Part shown: positions 17,619-24,000 of the stretch, piece after piece
How positions within the stretch are numbered: position 1 is the stretch's first letter
How the letters are laid out: each line of letters starts with the position of its first letter
Assembly: GCA_963662265.2 (NCBI GenBank)
Contig: CAXXHA010000036.1
Coordinates: 14,247-38,246, forward strand
Length of the DNA stretch: 24,000 bases
Source of the DNA: Spirochaetia bacterium
GTDB taxonomy: Bacteria; Spirochaetota; Spirochaetia; CADAEX01
Direction of reading: 5' to 3'
Notes under the pieces: generated by a model
Seen by the model: only the letters and a program-made list of their open reading frames with translations
Database searches by the model: none
What the model was told of the DNA's origin: nothing
Program-made: the position numbers and the translations under genes

Positions 17619-20600
17619 ATGTATTTATATGATATGAAAAAAACAACTCTTCATGTGATAATGCTTTTTGTCATATTTGGTACAGGAACTGTTTTTCCGC
17701 AGGAAAAGTCCATTTCCAGCTGCAGCGGAGGAATGATTCAGGCAGGGGAGGAAAGGCAATGGGTAAAAGCAGGATTTTCCGGAAATGCTGCAGATGAAGT
17801 ACCTGATTATGAGAACAGATCAATACAGGAAAAATGGTTATCAGTATTTGAATTAAAAGATATTTATGCGGGGGAAAGCAGTGGTAATAAACCTGTTATA
17901 TTCAGGGTGTTTATCCTGGTAACACTGTTTCTTCTGGCAATATTCCTGTTCCAGGGATTTCTTAAAAAGAAAAGCAGCGAAAGTGTTAAATTCGATATAA
18001 GGCGGATGAGAATTACTACTCTTGTGATACTGGCTTTCTGTATGACATGTATTCTTACAATAACAATATATTCAGTCAGAAATATCAGAAATAATGCTGT
18101 AGAAAAAGTGCATGATAATCTTGATGTTGTTCTGTCTACTGTAACTGAAGTTCTTACAAGCTGGATTGACAAAAATCTTACCCAGGTCCGGATGGAAACC
18201 CAGAAAGAAGATTTTGTCTCTCGTGTAAGTAATATAACTGCTGTCCCGTCTGACAGGGAAACATTACTGAAAAGTGAAGAACTCAGGAATTTCCGGGATT
18301 ATTTTTCACGGGAAAATCCGTATTCCTTTTCCGAAGGTTTTTTTATAATATCGGATGACGGGATTAATATTGCGTCACACGATGATGAAAGCATAGGCAG
18401 GGCCAATTTTGTATTTAAAAACCGTCCTGAACTTCTGGAACTCGCATTTCTCGGAAAAAGCATGTTTATTCCCCCTGTTCTCAGAGAAGCAGATGGCTGG
18501 TCTCCCGGTTCATGCAGTCAATCCTGCCTGTTCTATGCTGTTCCTGTTTTAAATTCGGAAAACAATGTTATTGCTGTAATGATACAAAGAGAAGATCCTG
18601 AAAAGGATTTCGGAAGATTCTGCAGGATGGGAAGAATTGGAGAAAGCGGTGAAACCTATGCATTTGACAGAAATGGTTTTATGCTTACAAACAGCCGTTT
18701 TGATGATCAGCTTCTTTCAATAGGTTTGCTGAAAGAGGGATCAGTCAGCGCTCTGAATATACAGCTCAGGGATCCTGGTGTTAATCTGCTTGAGGGGGAA
18801 AACAGCCCTTTAAACAGAGATGATCAGCCGTTTACCTTAATGTTCAGACATGCTTCAAGCAGCGAATTCGGTTATAACATCGAGGGGTACCGCGATTACC
18901 GGGGAGTTGATGTTTTCGGTGCCTGGCGATGGTTTGATGAATATAATTTCGGTATTGCATCGGAAATAGATATTACAGATGCTTTGAGTTCCTATTCCAC
19001 GATACAGACTGCAATTTATATTATCATTGCAATAGCCTTTTTCCTTGCTTCGGGAACAACACTTTTCAGTATTCATACAGGCGAAAGGGCGAATAAGTCG
19101 CTCTCAGAGGCAAATGAAAATCTTGAAAAGAGAGTTGCTATGCGGACTGCAGAACTTTCAGAAGCAAGAAACAAGACAGAGGCAATTCTTGAGGCTTCAA
19201 CAAACGGAATAATCACTATTGACGAAAAAGGGATTATTGAAACTTTCAATCCGGCAGCAGAACATATTTTCGGCTACAGTAAAGATGAAGTTATAGGGCA
19301 GAATGTGAAAATCCTGATGCCTTTGGAGTATTCCGAAAAACATGACGGGTATCTCGGTAATTATATTGATACAGGAATAAAGATGGCTATAGGGCGAAGG
19401 TTTGAAAAAGAGGGACTGCGGAAATCCGGACAGCTGATACCTCTTGAAATAGGCATTAATGAAGTACATCTTAAAGACAGGCGTCTTTTTACTGCAATTA
19501 TGAATGATATTTCCGAGAGGAAAGCTTCTGAAGAAGCTCTTATAACGGCTAAAAGAAACAATGAATTTGCAGCAGAGACAGCAGGTCTTGCCTACTGGGA
19601 ACAGGATTTAACAGAAAAAACATTTACTGTTAATGACAGTTTTTTCAAGCTTGCTGATACAAGTTATGTTAGGGAAGGCTGTTATGTTTATCCTGTCAAT
19701 GAATTCCTTGACCAGTTTGTATATCATGGAGACCTTGACAAGGTTGTTGAAAAATTTTTAGAAGCTGAAAAAACAACATCAGACATTGCAGATCAGTTTG
19801 AATACCGGCTGGTCCTCCGGAGCGGAGGATTCAGGTACGGGTATATGAAATATTTTGTGATTCATGACAGCCATGGAAATGCTGTTAAAATTACAGGAAT
19901 ACATCTTGATATTACAGAAAGAAAAAAAATAGAAATGGAGCTTGCAGAGGCAAAAGAAGCAGCTGAAGCAGCGGCAAAGATAAAGTCTGATTTTCTCGCA
20001 AATATGAGCCATGAAATAAGGACTCCTATGAATGCTATCATCGGGCTGTCCCATCTTATAAGCAAAACAAGGCTTACGAAAAAGCAGGAAGATTATATCC
20101 ATAAAATATTCGGCTCTGCCCACAATCTGCTTGGCATTATAAATGATATTCTGGATTTTTCAAAAATAGAAGCTGGAAAGCTTGCTATGGAATCAGTTGA
20201 TTTTGATCTTAATGAAGTTTTTGATAATCTTGGCAACATGATAGCGGGAAAGGCATATGATAAGAAACTGGAGCTTGTATTTCATGTAAATACAGATGTT
20301 CCTGTGAAACTTGTCGGTGATCCTCTCCGCCTGGGGCAGGTGCTGCTGAACCTTGCAAATAATGCTGTCAAATTCACCGAAGCAGGTGAAATTGCTGTAT
20401 CTGCTGAACTTGTGAATCTTGAAAACAATGAAGCTGAAATAAAATTCATAGTCCGTGATACAGGGATCGGACTCACAGAAGATCAGATGAACACCCTTTT
20501 TCAGGCTTTTTCCCAGGCAGATACTTCAACAACCAGAAAATACGGAGGGACCGGACTGGGGCTTTCGATCAGTAAGAAGCTTTCTGAAATGATGGGCGGC

Positions 20601-22163
20601 CGTATCTGGGTTGAGAGTATATTCGGCGAAGGTTCAACATTTTATTTTACCGGAAAATATAAAGTCAGGCATGTTGAAACACATAAGATTTTTCCGGCAG
20701 GACTCCGCGGTCTTGATGTTCTGATTGCTGATGATAATTCCACCAGCCAGAAAGTTCTACTTGAATATTTGAAGGATTTTGAATTGAATCCTGTTGCGGT
20801 GGATAATGGCACAGAAGCTGTTCAGATAATCAGGAAGAGACTGGAAGATGGAGTTAAGGGGTTTGATCTTGTGCTTCTGGATTTCAGCATGCCTGGTCTT
20901 AATGGATTTCAGACAGCTGAAAAAATAAATGAAATACTGGGTAAGAATGAAAGGCCGAGATATATACTTGTAACAGGATTTGGCCGTGATGAAGTTATCA
21001 ATGGTATTGAAAGATACGGGTTTGAAGGATTCCTTCTGAAACCGGTCAATCAGTCGCTCCTGTTCAATACAATTATGCAGGCTTTCGGCCGTGAAAGAAA
21101 AGATACAGGAAAAACAATAACAGAAAAATTTCCGAACGGCTTTGACAGCATCAGGGGCGCTGAAATACTTCTTGTAGAGGATAATGAAATCAATCAGCAG
21201 GTAGCAAGGGAGGTGCTTGAAAGGGAAGGTTTCTCTGTTGATGTTGCTGATAATGGGGAGATTTCTCTTGAGATGCTGTCTGAAAAAAAATATGACCTGG
21301 TATTGATGGATCTGCAGATGCCTGTAATGGGGGGAGTCGAGGCAACAGGAGAGATCAGGAAGAATGATGAATTTAAAGAACTCCCTGTTATTGCAATGAC
21401 TGCAGATGCAATGTCAGGGGTCAGGGAAATGGTCCTTGAAAAAGGGATGAATGACTATATTACAAAACCTATTGAGCCGTATTTTCTATGGAAAACAATG
21501 GTTAAATGGATTGTGCCGGGAGAAGGGAAATTTTCTGATATCAACAGAATGGAGAGACCTTCTGAGGAAGCAGGGGAAATTCCTGAAATTGATGGGCTTG
21601 ATATCAATTCCGGATTAAACCGGATGTCCGGTAATTTCGAGCTTTATAAAAATCTTCTGATAAAGTTTTTCAGGGAATATACAGATTTAAGCATGATAAT
21701 TTCTGAAGATGCGGAAAACGGCCGAACAGATGATGCTGTAAGGACTGCCCATTCTGTTAAGGGGGTGTCTGGTAATCTTGGCGCGACAAAGATCCAGGTT
21801 AAAATGGCTGATATCGAGAACAAGCTTAAAAACAGTAAAGATTACAGAGACGATCTTTCTGAGGCTGAATCAATGATTCGTAATCTCGCTGAAAAGGCTG
21901 AAAAAGCAGGGCTTCTTGAAAACCAGGAGGAGCCTTCAGATAAAAGTATGGAGATTTCCAGGGAAGAGCTTACTGCCAGGCTGACAATAGCTGTCGACTC
22001 TCTTTCAAGGAGAAAGCCCAGGACTGCTATTACTGTGCTTGAAGAGCTGGGAAAGTGTGATTTTGACAAAGAAACCGGGGAAAAACTATCTGAAGCAAGG
22101 ACTCTTCTTGCAAGATACAGGATGAAAGAGGCTTCAGAGCTGCTCAGGGGTATAATAGGCTAG
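17619..22163 (+). CDS. Membrane hybrid histidine kinase: Cache-like sensor - PAS - PAS - HisKA - HATPase - REC - REC - Hpt
   Basis: 1514 aa; hydrophobic segments near the N-terminus and after about 450 aa flank a Cache-like region (GRIGESGETYAFDRNGFMLTNSRFD). FixL-like PAS (FGYSKDEVIGQNVKILMPLEYSEKHDGY), second [35 protein letters not shown], two receivers, Hpt TAHSVKGVSGNLG. Confidence 0.94.
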   Translation: MYLYDMKKTTLHVIMLFVIFGTGTVFPQEKSISSCSGGMIQAGEERQWVKAGFSGNAADEVPDYENRSIQEKWLSVFELKDIYAGESSGNKPVIFRVFILVTLFLLAIFLFQGFLKKKSSESVKFDIRRMRITTLVILAFCMTCILTITIYSVRNIRNNAVEKVHDNLDVVLSTVTEVLTSWIDKNLTQVRMETQKEDFVSRVSNITAVPSDRETLLKSEELRNFRDYFSRENPYSFSEGFFIISDDGINIASHDDESIGRANFVFKNRPELLELAFLGKSMFIPPVLREADGWSPGSCSQSCLFYAVPVLNSENNVIAVMIQREDPEKDFGRFCRMGRIGESGETYAFDRNGFMLTNSRFDDQLLSIGLLKEGSVSALNIQLRDPGVNLLEGENSPLNRDDQPFTLMFRHASSSEFGYNIEGYRDYRGVDVFGAWRWFDEYNFGIASEIDITDALSSYSTIQTAIYIIIAIAFFLASGTTLFSIHTGERANKSLSEANENLEKRVAMRTAELSEARNKTEAILEASTNGIITIDEKGIIETFNPAAEHIFGYSKDEVIGQNVKILMPLEYSEKHDGYLGNYIDTGIKMAIGRRFEKEGLRKSGQLIPLEIGINEVHLKDRRLFTAIMNDISERKASEEALITAKRNNEFAAETAGLAYWEQDLTEKTFTVNDSFFKLADTSYVREGCYVYPVNEFLDQFVYHGDLDKVVEKFLEAEKTTSDIADQFEYRLVLRSGGFRYGYMKYFVIHDSHGNAVKITGIHLDITERKKIEMELAEAKEAAEAAAKIKSDFLANMSHEIRTPMNAIIGLSHLISKTRLTKKQEDYIHKIFGSAHNLLGIINDILDFSKIEAGKLAMESVDFDLNEVFDNLGNMIAGKAYDKKLELVFHVNTDVPVKLVGDPLRLGQVLLNLANNAVKFTEAGEIAVSAELVNLENNEAEIKFIVRDTGIGLTEDQMNTLFQAFSQADTSTTRKYGGTGLGLSISKKLSEMMGGRIWVESIFGEGSTFYFTGKYKVRHVETHKIFPAGLRGLDVLIADDNSTSQKVLLEYLKDFELNPVAVDNGTEAVQIIRKRLEDGVKGFDLVLLDFSMPGLNGFQTAEKINEILGKNERPRYILVTGFGRDEVINGIERYGFEGFLLKPVNQSLLFNTIMQAFGRERKDTGKTITEKFPNGFDSIRGAEILLVEDNEINQQVAREVLEREGFSVDVADNGEISLEMLSEKKYDLVLMDLQMPVMGGVEATGEIRKNDEFKELPVIAMTADAMSGVREMVLEKGMNDYITKPIEPYFLWKTMVKWIVPGEGKFSDINRMERPSEEAGEIPEIDGLDINSGLNRMSGNFELYKNLLIKFFREYTDLSMIISEDAENGRTDDAVRTAHSVKGVSGNLGATKIQVKMADIENKLKNSKDYRDDLSEAESMIRNLAEKAEKAGLLENQEEPSDKSMEISREELTARLTIAVDSLSRRKPRTAITVLEELGKCDFDKETGEKLSEARTLLARYRMKEASELLRGIIG

Positions 22164-22224
22164 AGAAACTGGTATTAAAATACAATAAAAATCGGGGAAG
22201 CAGTTGATCCAGAAAGGATGAATT

Positions 22225-22575
22225 ATGATTTTAATAGTAGATGATACACCTTCTAATATTGATATTGTCATGGAAATAATAGGTGAAATTGATGATGTTG
22301 CTGTTGCTCTTGACGGAGAAGAAGCACTAGAAATTATCAAAGAGGATATTCCCGATATTGTTCTTCTTGATATTGTAATGCCTGGAATAGATGGTTTTGA
22401 AGTATGCAGAAGAATTAAGGGAAATCCTGATACGGAAAAAATAGCTGTAATATTTCTTTCGGGAGATGGGGCTGAAGAGGAGAAGTCAAAAGCCGGAGAA
22501 ATTGGAGCCTCCGGTTTTCTTGAAAAGCCGATTGATCCTGAAAAACTGCTTGCAGCAGTAAAAGCTTTTATATGA
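22225..22575 (+). CDS. Single-domain response regulator (CheY-like receiver)
   Basis: 116 aa; MILIVDDTPSNIDIV...DIVLLDIVMPGIDGFEVCRRIK...IFLSGD...FLEKPID. AAAGGAT SD upstream; no output domain. Confidence 0.93.
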   Translation: MILIVDDTPSNIDIVMEIIGEIDDVAVALDGEEALEIIKEDIPDIVLLDIVMPGIDGFEVCRRIKGNPDTEKIAVIFLSGDGAEEEKSKAGEIGASGFLEKPIDPEKLLAAVKAFI

Positions 22576-22650
22576 AAAGAATATTGAGAAGAGATGCCTG
22601 ATATGTTTTCCAGCTGAGAGTGGAATTCATATATAATTACCATATCATTC

Positions 22651-22679
22651 TTGACTTCTGAAAATCATAATCCTATCCT
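22651..22679 (+). promoter_or_regulatory. Candidate sigma70-type promoter for the PhnD-like lipoprotein gene
   Basis: TTGACT (22651-22656), 17-nt spacer, TATCCT (22674-22679); in the intergenic gap, about 38 nt before ATG 22718. Confidence 0.4.
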
Positions 22680-22717
22680 TAAATTTAACTGTAAAATAAT
22701 TAAAAAAGGGTTGTTGA

Positions 22718-23677
22718 ATGCCGGTTCTGTTTAAATCTAAATACTGCATTATTTGTCTTCTAGTAATTCTCACCTGTACTGTGCTGCTTTCAGGATGTTT
22801 TTCAGAATCCGGAAAAAAAGAAGCGGAAAAAGATGCCGGGTTAAACAGCCCGGTTTATTCTGATTCCGTAAGCGGCAAAAAACTTGTGATAGGTGATGTT
22901 TCAGATGAGCCTACTAAAAAAATAAGAAGGTATCAGCCTTTTGCTGAATATATTGTTTCAGAAGACAGAATTCCCGGATACGGCATCGGAGAAGTATATG
23001 TAACAGATTCACTGGAAAAAATGACAGAGGAATTTGAAAAAGGCAATGTCCACATAATTATTGAGGGAGCTTACAATGCCCTGAAAATAGCTGATAAGGC
23101 AGGGGCCTGCCGGATACTTCTGAACAACAAGGAGGGGCTGATATTTTTCAAAAGTTATTTTATAGCACTCAAAGATTCTCCCTGCAGCAGCCTTGAAGAT
23201 CTGGGCGGTAAAACACTGGCTCTTGAAGATACCGAGTCCACATCAGGTTATTTCCTGCCGATTCTTGAACTTCAGAAAAACAATTTCAATGTTTCCGGTT
23301 TGAACGGAAATAATGAATATCTCAAGACAGTACTATCAGGCGAGGATGAAATAATTATTCAGGATCTTTTTGACATGAGGGCGGATGCCGGGGTGTATTC
23401 TGAATATGATTTCGAAGAACTTAATAAAAATGTCAGGGAAAAGCTTAAAGTCATACATGTTACAGAAGCGCTTCCGCGGAGTCTTCTTATTCTTTCCCCT
23501 GCATTGAGTAAATCCGACTGTGAAAGGATTTCTGATACCTTACTTGAGTTGAGTAATTCTGAACAGGGAAAATCCATGCTTGAACATATCAACTCTGATG
23601 GTTTTTATTCTGTCAGGGATTTCAGCATTGCGGAAAATAATCTTGATTTATTAATGGAAAAAGCCGGTGAAATATGA
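22718..23677 (+). CDS. PhnD-like (phosphate/phosphonate ABC-type) periplasmic binding lipoprotein
   Basis: Signal peptide with lipobox LLSGC; KLVIGDVSDEPTKKIRRYQPFAEYI...MTEEFEKGNVHIIIEGAYNALKIADKAG...LEDLGGKTLALEDTESTSGYFLPILEL resembles the PhnD/PBP type 2 family. Confidence 0.8.
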   Translation: MPVLFKSKYCIICLLVILTCTVLLSGCFSESGKKEAEKDAGLNSPVYSDSVSGKKLVIGDVSDEPTKKIRRYQPFAEYIVSEDRIPGYGIGEVYVTDSLEKMTEEFEKGNVHIIIEGAYNALKIADKAGACRILLNNKEGLIFFKSYFIALKDSPCSSLEDLGGKTLALEDTESTSGYFLPILELQKNNFNVSGLNGNNEYLKTVLSGEDEIIIQDLFDMRADAGVYSEYDFEELNKNVREKLKVIHVTEALPRSLLILSPALSKSDCERISDTLLELSNSEQGKSMLEHINSDGFYSVRDFSIAENNLDLLMEKAGEI

Positions 23678-24000
23678 ATTAAGAAAATGGATAAGCAATA
23701 AATACAACTCATTCCAGTACAGGGTACTGATGATCTTTTTTTCTGTACTGATGCCTGTCATGATGGTGATATTTATAATTACTGCCGCAAACGAGGTGAG
23801 TTTTTACAACAATTATATCAATGAGACAGGGCATTTTTTTGCAGATGTAATAGAAAACAGTATCAGCGACAGCCTCTATTTCAAGGAATATTTCAGGATA
23901 GGGGATATTTTTGACAAAACAGTTATGAATTCGGACTACACATCCTGCAGAATTTACGACAGAAGAGGTATTCTTATTGCCAACAGCAATAATGATATTT
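23667..24000 (+). CDS. N-terminal part of a membrane sensor protein (probable sensor kinase; 3' truncated by window edge)
   Basis: Not in the ORF track. GTG at 23667 opens MKYELRKWISNKYNSFQYRVLMIFFSVLMPVMMVIFIITAANEVSFYNNYINETGHFFADVIENSISDSLYFKEYFRIGDIFDKTVMNSDYTSCRIYDRRGILIANSNNDI, open to the window end. One transmembrane helix then an extracytoplasmic region. The only in-frame stop upstream is at 23652-23654. Confidence 0.75.
   Translation, partial: MKYELRKWISNKYNSFQYRVLMIFFSVLMPVMMVIFIITAANEVSFYNNYINETGHFFADVIENSISDSLYFKEYFRIGDIFDKTVMNSDYTSCRIYDRRGILIANSNNDI

Noticed and set aside
1-24000. CRISPR arrays, tRNA/rRNA genes, transposases, phage or toxin-antitoxin genes
   Set aside because: No regularly spaced repeats, cloverleaf-like sequence, or mobile-element proteins were seen on either strand.

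Overview
The 24 kb window is about 40% GC and gene-dense. Style and lipoprotein content suggest a Spirochaetota-like bacterium, but this is tentative. The left half is mostly housekeeping: the 3' end of an unknown gene, an M20 metallopeptidase (minus strand), an SH3b lipoprotein translationally coupled to an ABC-F ATPase, a rhomboid-family protease, and a full-length pyruvate carboxylase (pyc) followed by a strong intrinsic terminator. The right half is a divergent signalling island. On the minus strand is a tightly packed five-gene cassette: RsbR-like (PAS-STAS), RsbS-like (STAS), RsbT-like kinase, RsbX-like phosphatase, and a hybrid histidine kinase (HisKA-HATPase-REC-REC-Hpt) whose N-terminus looks like a degenerate RsbT fold. 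On the plus strand are two tandem REC-HD-GYP proteins, a 1514-aa dCache-PAS-PAS hybrid kinase (HisKA-HATPase-REC-REC-Hpt), a lone receiver, a PhnD-like binding lipoprotein, and the start of another membrane sensor missing from the ORF track. The most interesting hypothesis is a stressosome-type module feeding a phosphorelay and cyclic-di-GMP hydrolysis instead of a sigma factor. Its RsbS-like protein carries Arg (R59) where B. subtilis RsbS has the phosphorylated Ser59. No sequence searches were possible, so family calls rest on motif recognition.
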